DNA from: Paragordius varius
Taxonomy: Eukaryota > Animalia > Nematomorpha
NCBI GenBank assembly: GCA_964247055.1
Contig: OZ176055.1
Coordinates: 1,674,001 to 1,738,000 of the forward strand
DNA: 64,000 nt
Reading direction: 5' to 3'
The notes beneath the pieces are model-generated. The model did not search any database, was not told the origin of the DNA, and saw only the letters and a program-made list of their open reading frames with translations. Below are positions 49,388-62,329 of this stretch, piece after piece; the first letter of the stretch is position 1; each line of letters opens with the position of its first letter. Both the position numbers and the translations under genes were made by a program.

Positions 49388-51515
49388 AACAAAATTTAAG
49401 TTTCTTATAGTCTCTGTTGCTAATTAGGATATACTAATATGTCCAACCTACAACCAGATAGACTAACAATTTTACTCCTTTTGATTTATAAATTTAAGGA
49501 GATGGCGCCTTCCGCCAAAAAATTTTCTGATTTTCTAATTACATGTAATTGCTTATATAAAAAAAGTTTTAGCTCGTCCTTTAATACGCTCGAAAATCCT
49601 TTAGCAAAAATAAAAAAAACTATAGGATCTTTATCGGATTTCGTTTTCATTACTAATATAATATTAAAGGTATATATTGAAAACTTTATATTTTCAAAGT
49701 GTAGTCAAAAGGCATATAGGCGATTTGTGCATTTTAGTTTTTCGCTTAAATTTTTTTTATATGGCATTTGGTTCCCAATTATTTTTCAGGTTTCCAATTG
49801 TAAATTTGTAAAAGAAGACCAAATTATATTAGAAAACCCTTTCTGCAGCAAAAAAACTGTTGTCAGATTTAAAACTATTTTTGGACAAAAGTTTAGTTCA
49901 CGTACACTACATATTTAATAAAAGTGGCAAATATTGATAAATTTGTTGTACCATAAAGAGGATAAAACTAGTGCAAAAATACTTTTAAATAGTCAAAATA
50001 TATTTAACAAATGCAATAATTTTTTAGTCGTTATATTGTTCCTTTAGTTTTAAGTGTCAAAGCTGATAAAGTTTAAACAATTTTATATATATGAATTACC
50101 CACCTCAACCAATACGCTATATATAATCGCAATTGATCATCAGAGAATTTTAAATCTTTACAGATGTAAATAAGCAGAATTCGTTTTAAATAGATCTCAA
50201 AGTTTTCCAAAATAAGTAAAAGTCAATAAATTTTATATGCAAAGAGCGTTAGAAGGCATGACTCTGCCATAGCGATAATCTATAAAAGTACCTCGACAAT
50301 CTACGCCTTTATAAGTGACACCACTCTTTATTAATTTATATGGTCTTATATATTTCCGAAAAAATCAAATTTTTTATTTTGTGGACCTAATATTCAGATC
50401 AAAATGCTAATCGGGAGCTCACACTTAAAATTAAAAAAATATATATTTTTATATGGGCCTATTTTTGAAAGATACGATTTTTTCTGATTCGGATTTAAAA
50501 GTCCCAATTTGAATGGGTGGGCTCAACGCATAGGTAAATTTAAAAAATGACTCAACTATGATCTTACACACATTGTTTTTGAATGATGGCTGCATGTTTC
50601 CCCGTAAATAAATCACACATTGTCTAAATTATTTTAACTTATCCGATAAAAAACTTAATTATTCAGCGGCATCAACAAATATTATATCGCGTAATTTGGC
50701 CTTTTTTGTGTTATTTTAGGAAAACTATTTTAGCAAGTTTATGCCTAATAATTTATGTGTTATATATGCTAAAATGAAAAAAGCAGGGTAAAACATTATC
50801 TCGATGAAAGTCATATACAATTTTACAACTTTGTTTAAAAGTTAATTAACAAAAAAGTTGGATTCCTAATGATATACATTTTTCCACAATCGCATTCAAT
50901 TGGAGGTTTTGAGAGAGTATCATGCTCACGATCCTTTTAGTAATTTCAAATATTATATTTAAGTATTTTTCAATCTATTTCATAGGTGATCAATTAAAAA
51001 AAGTCTATGTTATGCACTAATTATCGTTTATTTAAGATTATTATTGCCTTGAAAGCTTGTTTTAAGTGTTTGAGTGGATACGGAGGCGAAACTAACACTT
51101 TTTAAACCCGTATTTGAATCAAAAATGATTTAAAATATATTTTTAACTTTTAAAACCAAAGCAATTTTAATTAAATAATCTGAAAAAATATTATTGATTA
51201 CGGATCAAATAATTAAAATATGCATTTCTAGGCAGTTAATTGACAAAAATCATCATCCCAAACTTTTAGCAAATTTTCAATAATTCTTTAATAAATCAGC
51301 TTGTAAGATTTTAAATAACTTTGGCATCTAATAATTTAGCAGCAAATTTCCGTTAATTAGTTATATTAATGATCAGATGATTGATATGGAATAAAATATA
51401 TATGAGATAAATTACATTTTAGAACAGATAATTTTTGGTTTTATATACAACCTTCATGTTTATCACAAAAATAACAAATTAAAGTGATATATGGTGAAAT
51501 TATTAATTTCCACTT

Positions 51516-52577
51516 ACACAGTGTCAGAAAATAACCTGATGAAAATATATATTCTGATAGGAAAATGCATCAGGATAATTATGGTGCTTTTGGTTTTGGG
51601 CGTTATGAGTATTTTAAGAAAGTTTTTCATCCAACTTTTAGGATAAATGCTTCATATAGAAAAATAGAAACATTTGAGCACATTAAATAAATTTTTTTGG
51701 GTGATTAAATGCTTCATTCCATAAAACTTCACTAAAATATATTATAAGCTTAAATAAAGAAAACAATATTAAAATATTTTAATTTTTAATTGTGGGCTTC
51801 GAAAGTCTTTTTGCTTTTCGGAAACGGGCTAATAAACGCAAAAATGCCGGGATCGTGTGATAAAATTTTTAAATATATGCAAATTTTGACAAAAAATATT
51901 TTTTAACTAAAGCTTACTTGTAGAAAAATTTAATTTTTAGCAAAATTTTGCTGAAGCGTACTTTCTGCTATTTTTAGGGATGATGGAAACGGTAATAAAC
52001 CCTTGTATTGTAACTTTTCCATATGATGATGTTACACATTTCTGTCGCTTCAGAATTTTAATTTAAAGGTTCCCTTACTTTCAATTTTTAAAGAGTTCTC
52101 CTATAAAAATACAATATATTGGCATAAATTTGAAGACAAACGATTTTAATCAAAATTCTGAGGTGATAAAAATATTCAGCATAAAAACTATAGAGAAAAA
52201 GTGTTTTCATATCGCTTTTATCATCCCTAAAAAGGGATGAAGTACGTTTCGATAAAATTATGCATTTTTTAAAAAAAATTAGCCCGTTTTAGAAAAGCAA
52301 AAATATTTGGGACTTTCAGCCCACATCTATAAAATAAAATATTAGAAAATATTTTTTTACTCAATATATGCAGTTTATTATATATATTAGTGTTATTTTT
52401 TGGAATGAAGCATTAAGCATCAAAAAAACATTATTAAAAAACGTTCTCACTTACCCCAAAAGTGTTATAACTTTCTTATGCCACTCGTAACCCCAAAACC
52501 AAAAGCACCAGATACCTGATGCATCTTTCTATTGGAATATATATATTTAAGGCTAATTTTATGTGTACACTATGTTA
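51516..52577. mobile_element. ~1-kb foldback element with long diverged inverted arms
   Basis: About 51548-51985 mirrors 52210-52545 (gcatcagg/cctgatgc, ggtgcttttggttttggg/ccccaaaaccaaaagcacc, atgcttcattcca/tggaatgaagcat, acgggctaat/attagcccgt, ttttagggatga/tcatccctaaaa). Outer ends uncertain. Confidence 0.6.
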
Positions 52578-53138
52578 TAATATGCCTAGGGTTTCAACCG
52601 CCCCAATTTGTTTTAAAGGATATATGAAAAAGATAAATTAAGTATTAATCCTAAATCATTAACGATAGATGCATAAATACGATAAAATATCTTGCTTTTT
52701 TCAGTTATTATCCGATAAATCCGAATATATTAAACTTGGCTTAAACCGCGTCATGTACAAAAAAGTCATCGTACTCCATTTTTTGATCCCTAATCGTGCT
52801 CTAGAAGAATTTGAATTACTATTAAAATTTATTAGGTAAAGCTTTGAAATATGTAAATAGGCACGTTAATTTATTTTTTAAGTCTTACTTATACCTAATT
52901 AAAATTAAATTAATCAACATCCACAAAATATATAAGTGTCAAATTATTATCTGCAGATGTTTTTAAAAATATAGGTAATCTAAATTATTTTTTTAATTGT
53001 GGATTCAGGGTACACACAATCTTTAAGCTAAAAAAAGATATAACAAAAATATTTTAAAATTATAATAATTATTCCCTTTAATCAGATGTTTACCCATAAA
53101 TATATCAATATTGAGGTTATCGGCTGATATATTCAGAT

Positions 53139-54071
53139 ATGACAATACCACCAAGCCAAGTTCCTCCTAATTTACCCCCCATACACCCTGGAATGGGTGC
53201 AGGTTAAATTTTTATATAATTAACGGTTTTCTTATGACTAAAATAGTGAATAATAAGCATTTTATTTTCAGGTCAATTTCAACCTGGGTATGGTGGAACA
53301 GGATATATGCCTGGAGTTCCTTCGTACAATCCAAATGTTCCAGTCGGACCTTTTGGTATGTATTTTTTATCAGAGTCTTTAAAAAGATAAATATAAATAT
53401 GGTCAGCTAAAAGTAACCATATATTTTTTAAGATTTAACATGTTTTTCTAAAAACCCACCTATATTTTTTTGTTAATCCAAGTTATCGGCCTTACAATAC
53501 CTGATTTAATTTGATTTTAGTTTATATATATTTTAAAAATATTTTTTTAACAATTTTTTATTTATTTATATTGCTATTATTGATTTTAGATAATTATACT
53601 TTTTATCATACTACTGTGTGTGCATACAACGTTTTTTTGATTTTATATATAGTAAAATATATTATAATTTGTTTTTTGGGTTAAGGTTTTTTATCTATAA
53701 TTATCATGTGTTTTATACATTATTATACAAAACACTTGTAATTTTTTGTTAAATTTTGTGCCATATTAAAAAATTTATATATAATTAATAATATTGCGTT
53801 AATATATATAATTTATAATCCCATACTTTAATGCTGATTGAATAAAACCAAGCTGTTTATAAATTTGATAATAACAAAAATATATTTTTAAATTGATAAT
53901 GATAGATATTTCAGGGGTAGATCACACCTCCTTTGCTGCCTAATCTTTAAAATTAAAGATATTATGAATAGTAAAAAAATTATTAAATTTTGGTCTCTAG
54001 TGTAGTTTTTGGCTATGCATTTGCCATTTTTTTCGCAACATATAACTCTGAAAGTACTATCATTTTTAATA

Positions 54072-54111
<40 letters not shown>

Positions 54112-55899
54112 AAAACAACAGTTAATCTCTGTAAAATTAAAATTCTCTTTTTTCAAATTTAGGAATAAATTATTGAAAATTGTCATTTCGTATTTGATGT
54201 TTAATAACGTTAACATTTTTTTTCCAGGCGCCGCCAGTCCAGGTGAATATGGGACAGAATGGGCAGGAACCTCATTTTCTGATAAGGCTATTCGTAAAGC
54301 TTTTATACGAAAGGTATTGTTCATTTGTCATATTTTACGCTCTTTTTTATTCTATAAATATTAATTATTGGATATTGCCCGAAAATTTTGGGCATAATTA
54401 TGCTTTATTAATTTTTCGGGCCATTTTTTAAAACCTCATAACACATGTAATTTAAATAACTTTAAATATGATTTATAATAATGGACCATTTATATATTAT
54501 ATATATATATATATGCCTTTAAGTAGTCAAAAATAATTTTTTAATTTAATCTGAAATTCATAAATAATTATTAGGCCAAAAATAGTTTACTGAATTTTTT
54601 TTCCGTTATTTCGTTAGACTATCATACTGATATATCATGAATGCAACTTAAAAGATAAATTTAATTGACTTGAAATCCCCTTTTAGTAATCGGCTTTTTT
54701 AATCGAATATGAGAAATATTTAGAAATATTGTTTTAAACCAGTAAATAATTAAAATATCCTCATAAAACCTTAATAAAATTGATATTTCCAAAAAAATTT
54801 TTTTCCTAAATAAGACTATCCAATCGGCAAGAACTAAAAAAATTGATCTTATTGTGTTTGCATTGTCCAGTTTGATGTTCGAAATTAAATAAAATTCTTT
54901 TGAATGCCACGTTTTTTGAGTCAAAAATTCGGCTTATGTTGAAAATCCCCGCTTTAAACTGGGGCATTTTCTGCCCGTATTACATTTATTATATTGTAGC
55001 TAAGAATATTTTTTTACAAAGAAAGTTTCCTCATTTACAACATAAACAAAACAAAACAAAAATTATCCTTATAAACTTTTATTTATATGAAATAATATAC
55101 TTGTTTTGTGCACAAAATAATGTTTTTCCAATATATTATACTTTTTGGCTATACATTAGGTTTACCTTATTCTCTTGTGTCAATTGGCGCTTACGGCCGG
55201 AATAATTGCCATGTTTATATTCATGTAAAATCTTTACTAAATCCATAAATGTATTATACAGGAAAATTAAATTTAAACTACTGACTACACTAGTACAACA
55301 TAAAAGAGTTTTTTTTTCGCTATAGGAAAACCATATTTTTTTGATAAAATGTAACTTTTAGTTTTGATTTACAAAATGGGAATTTGAAATGTAATTTGTA
55401 GAAATTCAATTATATATAATTTAAAATTATTATTTTTTAGTTAAGGTATGCATTTTAATGGGTGCTTATTTTACGCTATATAGATTAGAGCAATTTGCAA
55501 CACAGTAGTGTATGGAAAAAAACAACAAAATATTGAATAAACAATCTTTTCCTTTCTTTTTTTCCATACACTACTGTGTTGCAAATTACCCAACTCTATA
55601 GTTTAGTAATAAGCAACTATTAAAATGCATACTGTAATATAGGAAAAATATGTTAAAAAGTATGGTTGCTTTTTTTGAAAAAATATATGTGTCTTTTTGT
55701 TTTAGCATTTTTTCTGTGTGATTTTAATTACTGTAGCGCATAATTGGAATTATTTCATAAAGATTGTAATTCAATTAAAAAAGAAATTACAAAAAAAATT
55801 TAAATTTTCCTTCAATGCATGCTTTTAATTTTGATTTTTGTGAAAACTTTATCCCCTTTAGTCGTAATAATATTAGAGAAAGTCTTTAAGTTTTCTGGT

Positions 55900-55939
<40 letters not shown>

Positions 55940-58900
55940 ATTTACAGTTCAAATTCACTCTTAAACAATTCAAATTCACCCTTGAACAATTCAAATTCAC
56001 CCTCGAACAATTCAAATTCATCCTCAAATAAAATATATGTTTTTTTAAGATTAAAAATTACCTATATTTTAATATATTTTTAAAAATAAAATTTTGTTTT
56101 AAATTAAAATAATACTGAAAAAATAATTAATTATGCCATAAATATATATTTTATATTAATAACGAGTTATATTAGTTCGAAAACACACATTTTATTTTTA
56201 GGGTGAATTTGAATTGTTCGAGGGTGAATTTGAATTGTTCGAGGGTGAATTTGAATTGTTCAAGAGTGAATTTGAACTGTAAATGGTATATATATATATA
56301 TATATATTTCTTGATAGATTCTAATAAATTTCTTTTTTACATTATATGCAATATATTTTATTTCTTTATAATTTAGACCTGAGCTTAGATTCTATGTGCA
56401 AAGGAATATGTGGACCTATTATATGGCATTGTAAGTTTTTCTGCCATTAACTTTTACTATTTTTTTATCGTTGTTTTATTGTTAAACAATTTTAGAAAAT
56501 TAATTTTTTACTATCCTAGTTTTTATACATGATATTACTTTACAAAAGTTGAAACAATTTTGCATTTTGCATCAGATAAAAATGTTATTTGGCTTTTAAT
56601 TACAATACAAAATGATTAAAAAAGTTTTTAATTCAGAAAACCTAACTGTATTTTAATTAAAATTAATTATTTTGGTAATAATTTTAGTGTAGATATAATT
56701 TATTTTATAATCTTATTTTAAATCAATTACATTTTGTATTATAGTGCTATATTTTTTGGCGTATATTTGGCTCTCGTATGTTGTGCCGATTTAAGGCGAA
56801 AATTCCCTGGAAATTTTATATGCCTGTTTATATTTGTAAGTCCTTTTTTTTGTCTTACCTTAAAACTTTTTAATATTATATTTATTTAATAAAATATTTT
56901 TTTTGCTGATATATTAATTTATAGACGCTATCCATGGCCTATATGATGGGCGTGATGAGCTCGTAAGAATTTCAATTTTTCGATTTTTTTAATAATTTCA
57001 AATTTCCAATTTTTTATATTTCCAATTTTTATACTCTTTAAAATAGCTGGTTATACCGTTATAACCAAAAATTCGAAATTAATTAAATAATAATTCCAAT
57101 ATATATTTTTGAAAAATCATATGTACGTGCTTTTGCCATTTATATATTAAATATATTTCCTTTTTGGTTATCTAAAAAATATATTACTTAGGTTTTATCG
57201 TACAAGTATTGTACTAATGGCTATGGGGATATGTTGCGTAGTTTGTTTTGCCATAATTATTTTCTCCATGCAATCCAAGGTGAGTTCTATAAGTTATTGT
57301 TACCCTAAAAACTTTTTTGGATTATTAAAACAATGTTTAGATATCAGAAAAATTAATTTTACGCTTGATATTATATTTTGCAATAATTTGTTTTTTTAAG
57401 CTTTTACCATTTATACAATATAAGATTAGACACATTAAAATTTTTCTGTTCTATAGATTAATTTATGTCATTATTCCTTAATTTCTATTTGAAAGTTTTA
57501 AACATATTTTTAAACAAACTTGTTTTCTTAGTCCAATAAAAACCATCTCTGTGTAATTTTTTAATTAATTATATTAAAATCATGAAAAATATTTTTTCAT
57601 ATAATTTAAATTTTAATGGCAACGTCAATTATATGCATAGACAATATCTATCATATAGGAGCTAAATTTAAAAAAACATAAAACTTTTGAAATATATGTT
57701 TACGATGACATGAAATTGATAAATAAAGTTCCGATATTGCAAAATCGAGAATAGTTAGCTTATTAATCTAAAATCAATTTAATCATTGTATAAGACAATT
57801 TAAATTATTTAGTATTCTGTAAATATCCATATATTTAAAATAACGACTTCCGCATTCCATACATTGTAATATTACATTTTTAATAGTGGTTTAAAGCGAT
57901 AAATATACGATACAATTATTTAATTTTATATTCTTAAAAATTTATTACACAACTTTAAATAAATTTATGTCAAATATCACAAACCGCTAATAAGAATAGA
58001 TTAAACATATATACCATTTACAATTCAAATTCACCCTTGAAGATTAAAATTAACCTTTAAACAATTTAAATTCACTCTTTAATATTAAAATTATCTATAT
58101 TTTTTAAATTTTTAAAAATTTTGTATGTAATCCAAATACTGAAAAAATAATAAACTTTACCATAAAAATATATTTAATTTTAATGATGAGAGTTATATTA
58201 GACGGAAATTTCCTAATTTATTTTTAGGGTGAATTTGAATTGTAAATGGTATACATAAATATTTATGTTTATAGTTTGATTTTACAAGACTGGGCGGCAT
58301 TCTGTTTGTGTTCTTCATTGTTGTATTCATCTTTGGGATCATAGCGATTTTCACGCATAATAGGGTAATTTTTTTACCTGTTTTCTCTATATTTTTAACA
58401 TTTATACATAATTAACTAATTTTAATTTACCTTTTTTATAATTAATTTATATATGAATTATATATAATAGATTATGAATACTGTGTATGCTGCATTCATG
58501 GCCTTTTTATTTATGGGGGTATGTATATTTTTACTAAAAATTGATTAAATGGTAAATAAAATTTTTTTAAACTTAATTAACTTTAATAAGTTTTTTGTCT
58601 TAAAACCCTTGACTAATATTCTCTACCTAAATAGCATATGCTTATTGATAGGAGCTTAATTATTAAGGTTTTCTTTAGGAAAAATAATACTTTTTAATAA
58701 GAAAAACTATTATTGATTGGGAAAAATATAATGACGATAATCCGCTCTAAAAATATTTTTAAAATTAGCACATATGTAAAATCTTAGTTAAAGAATATTT
58801 TAACGGTAACTTCTAAAAAATTACAGATTCTACTGTCATTACTGTTTAGTATAAGTGGAATATCCAGCACGCAGCCCGCACTGATTTTTTTGCAAATAAA

Positions 58901-59191
58901 GAAAAATAAAGATTGTAGATCCCTATATATATATTAACATAATTCAGAAGGCATTTTATTACAATTAACTAATAATCATAAAAAAAATCAAAATTTTGTT
59001 TTGGACACCCTCTGAAATTATATATTTTTTTGCTAATTTAGTATCTGGCTTACGATACTCAAACCTTGATGGGTAACAAACGGTATGCCCTTGGAACGGA
59101 GGAATACATATTTGCGGCCCTTCAACTTTACCTGGATATCATTTACATTTTTATGGCTATCTTGAGTCTTTCGGGTTATGCTAACAATTAA
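53139..59191 (+). CDS. LFG: Protein lifeguard (TMBIM/BI-1 family; GRINA/FAIM2-like), 11 exons, 285 aa
   Basis: Exons 53139-53202, 53272-53355, 54228-54313, 55160-55224, 56377-56430, 56745-56835, 56925-56962, 57192-57279, 58275-58364, 58471-58518, 59042-59191 (858 nt). Pro/Gly/Tyr-rich N-terminus, FSDKAIRKAFIRKVYLIL, RRKFPGN, MQSKFDFT, YLAYDTQ, EEYIFAALQLYLDII. Confidence 0.95.
54069..54109. repeat. (TA)n microsatellite
   Basis: About 20 TA units, one interruption. Confidence 0.95.
55445..55634. mobile_element. MITE family B (lifeguard intron 4)
   Basis: gtatgcattttaatggg ... attaaaatgcatactg-ta hairpin. Confidence 0.88.
55938..56286. mobile_element. MITE family A inserted in a (TA)n tract
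   Basis: (TA)n 55903-55937, CCATTTACAGTTCAAATT...AATTTGAACTGTAAATGG, (TA)n 56287-56307. Confidence 0.93.
58014..58249. mobile_element. MITE family A (lifeguard intron 8)
   Basis: tata-CCATTTACAATTCAAATTCACCC...GGGTGAATTTGAATTGTAAATGG-tata. Confidence 0.9.
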
Positions 59192-62100
59192 AATAGTCTA
59201 TTATATATATATATCCATTTAATATCTGTTTTTTTTACGAAAACACATTTTTGCATGTGCTAATCAAAAAAAGAAACAATTTTTTTACAACACATTTCAC
59301 TGGTGGCATAGTTAATTTTTTTCTCTTTAAAAATAAACTCGAAATTCAGACGTCAAATTTCCTCATTTTTAACAAATTTTAATGTAGACTTATCCACTCA
59401 ACCAATTCTTAAACATAGTATTTATTTAATAACAACAGAATAATAAATGTTTAATATATAAGTTAGTTATGATGATGCCTTATATGGGTATATGCAATAT
59501 AAATTTTTAATTGTCAGAAAAATAGACAACTATATATACACATAAATACATTTATTACTTTTTTGTGATTTTATTTATATATTTTATCTTATCCTATGTA
59601 CAGTATAGTTTTCAAAGCATTGCATAATTATAATATATGTTAACGCAGTGTACCCCTATTTTCAACACATATGCACTTTAAATAAATGTCGAAGTAATTG
59701 TTTTGATTCCAAATATATTTGAGAGATTATAAGATCGAGCCTTGTACCCCTTTATTAATGATATCATATATAGGACGACATTTTAAGCCAAAATCAAAGC
59801 TTATGGAATTTTATGCTTTAGACAAAGAAAATATTGGTGTATTATAATAGAAATATCTCTTTTTTTGGTTGCATGGGTATAATTTTCGGGTATTCATTTA
59901 AACTGCCTCTGTAATATAACGGCTGCACAGAGTTAAGATTCTTGTGGATATATTCATAAATTAAAGTTTTAAATCAATGATAAATTATATTTTAAATGTG
60001 AAGACCGAATATAATCCAATTAATTTTGGTTAAAAACTAAATAAAAAAGTTTAAAGACCAATTTGTTATGTTTAAGATCAACTTAAAATTAAAGGACTAA
60101 TTTGAAATGTTCAGTAACACTTAGATACTTCACAAGACCTTTGAGTGCCAACGATGTACATTTATTCAATAGCAATCATTTTTCAATCAAACGCAACATT
60201 TTATTGAAGAATGTTATGTTTGCTTGAAATATGTTGCATTAGCTTGAATGTTGTTTTGACTGACAAATGGTAGAATGATTTTTATCGTTTTATATCATTA
60301 TTTTATGAAATTTACCAATAATTTAATTGCATTTATTATATTTGAGTAGTAGATTCTCTATTTATATTGAATTATCTTTTTCTAGCTCAACTTTTTTTAT
60401 CCATAATCAATATTTTTTCAAATATTTGAGTTTAATATTTTAACTTATATATATAAAGGCAATTATATTAAAAAAACCGCCGTACTTTATTAGACCCTAA
60501 ATTTTCCTTTATAAATCTATATATTTATAAAAATGGAAAATGCTTGCTTTGTGATCTGTTTCCGGAAAACCGGTAGACCCATTCAAATCCAAATATCGAA
60601 AAATTATAATCATTAATGGCCCCGACAATAGCTTCGCCCTTTTTTTGATATAGGCCCCCTGTTCGGGCCCACCCCGTGTAAAAAATGGGTTTGAAAACAG
60701 AAGTCCACAAAAATCGTGTATTTGAGACAATTTTCCGGAAAACGTGTTGGACCATTCAATTTCAAATATGATTTTTGTTTACTTATTTTCGATTGCGCTG
60801 AACATAGTCGGCTCGCTTTTTTAATTTAGGCTCTTTTTAACCGCTCCCCCCGTAAAATGAGTATTATTTATTTTAAAATTATATTTCAGGAAATAAATTG
60901 ATATTAATTATTTATTATATTTCTTCAGTTTCAACTCTTATCTATAGAGCTTCTTTATAAGGTTTGAAGTTTTATAATCATCATTTGTATATCGACCGAA
61001 TTTTCCACTCTCCAATCATGCCCACTTAACCCCTAAATTTTTCAGTTTCTAATCGAATTCTCAAACTCATGTCAAGTGCGGGTAGACTTTTATTATTTGT
61101 TTAGTAGACTTTTATTATTTGTTTATATATCCCAACCGTAGGGCGATTTTATTATAAAATATATTTATAACCTGTTTAGATATGGTTATGGATACAAATA
61201 ATTTATAACGAAAATACTTTATAACGATTAAATAATTATTTAAACATATTGTGGTAAAAAATTTGCCATTTTTCGAGATAGCCATGAACTATGATGCAAC
61301 CCAAGATTAATATTAAAAATAATCCAAATCCTGTGCATTCTTGCAAAAATATTTTTTCTGGCACGGTTAAATAGGGTAACCCAATTATAAATATTACGAG
61401 TAGATGTTAAAGTTATAATTTTATAAATTATTTTTTGATTTTCCATATTTCTTTATTATATGATGTCATTTTATAATATCACTTTTTTTGGCAAAACAAC
61501 TATTATAAAAAAATGTAACTTTAATATAAGTGTCGATAAATCAATCTAAACGCAATATATTAACTTTTTATATGATAAAATTGATAGTATTAAATGTAAT
61601 TGGATTTATCACTTCAATATTTATACGATAATAATATAGAGTAAATTGAAATAATTATGGATAAAATATATATTGTATATTATTTTATCCTATCAAATTT
61701 TTTATTATTATTATTAAAATACAGAAATTTGTAATTATTAAGTCACGAAATATGTTAAAATTCATGACATCCATCTATAATATATTTTAAGTTTTATCCA
61801 TTCAAAAAACATACATGTCATATATTCTGATACACTCTATGATTATTCTTTAAATATGAAGTGATTTGGAATATTAAAAAAATTATTTTAAACTCCTGGT
61901 TATTGAAAAAAAAATAATTATAAATTTTACTGAAAAAGGCTGATGGCAGATAATTATTTCTGCTTAAATTGAATTACAATTTTTTGGCGAATTGTGCAAA
62001 ACAATCTACTACGGAATTGGGAAGGTTTTTACAAATTTGAAATTGTTTGAACAATAATACTTATACATGACACAAATATAATATAAGCAGTTTACCTGGT

Positions 62101-62329
62101 GGAATTTGGATCTATTGTATGAGTATAAAAACCTAATTATAATGTTTTTTGGGCGTAAAAAATCTATATTTTTAAGGTAGGAAGACATTATTTAATTTAA
62201 TAGTGCATTTTAATATTTACCATTTGTATTGGCTAAGGTAACACTTCTCAAATGCAAACTAACTGATCCAAATCATGGTATACATCACGTGTATCATAAG
62301 TCTTTACCGTGTTTTCGGAAATGTAATTT

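Larger units (their letters stand above)
48890..49490. repeat. ~600-bp palindrome (two ~278-bp arms, 49-bp spacer), likely inverted Penelope-like pLTRs
   Basis: 48890-49167 is the reverse complement of 49217-49490 with few mismatches; each arm carries a hammerhead motif. Confidence 0.92.

Noticed and set aside
49439-49918. 159-aa ORF next to the hammerhead palindrome as a possible Penelope protein
   Set aside because: It starts inside the palindrome arm, is F/K/I/L-rich, and has no RT or GIY-YIG motif.
51530-51545. CTGATGA as another hammerhead core
   Set aside because: No stem II or GAAA arrangement follows; it is part of the foldback element arm.
53888-54431. Four overlapping ORFs
   Set aside because: Only 54228-54313 is a lifeguard exon; the rest is intron and (TA)n microsatellite.
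55812-56031. ORFs with NLNCSRV and QFKFTLE repeats
   Set aside because: Translations of the MITE-A 21-bp repeats and the (TA)n tract.
60480-60860. GC-richer patch with a ~40-bp direct repeat (ttccggaaaac..ccattcaa.t.caaatat) and ORFs 60509/60525
   Set aside because: Probably a TE-end fragment, but I could not define TIRs, a TSD or a protein motif.
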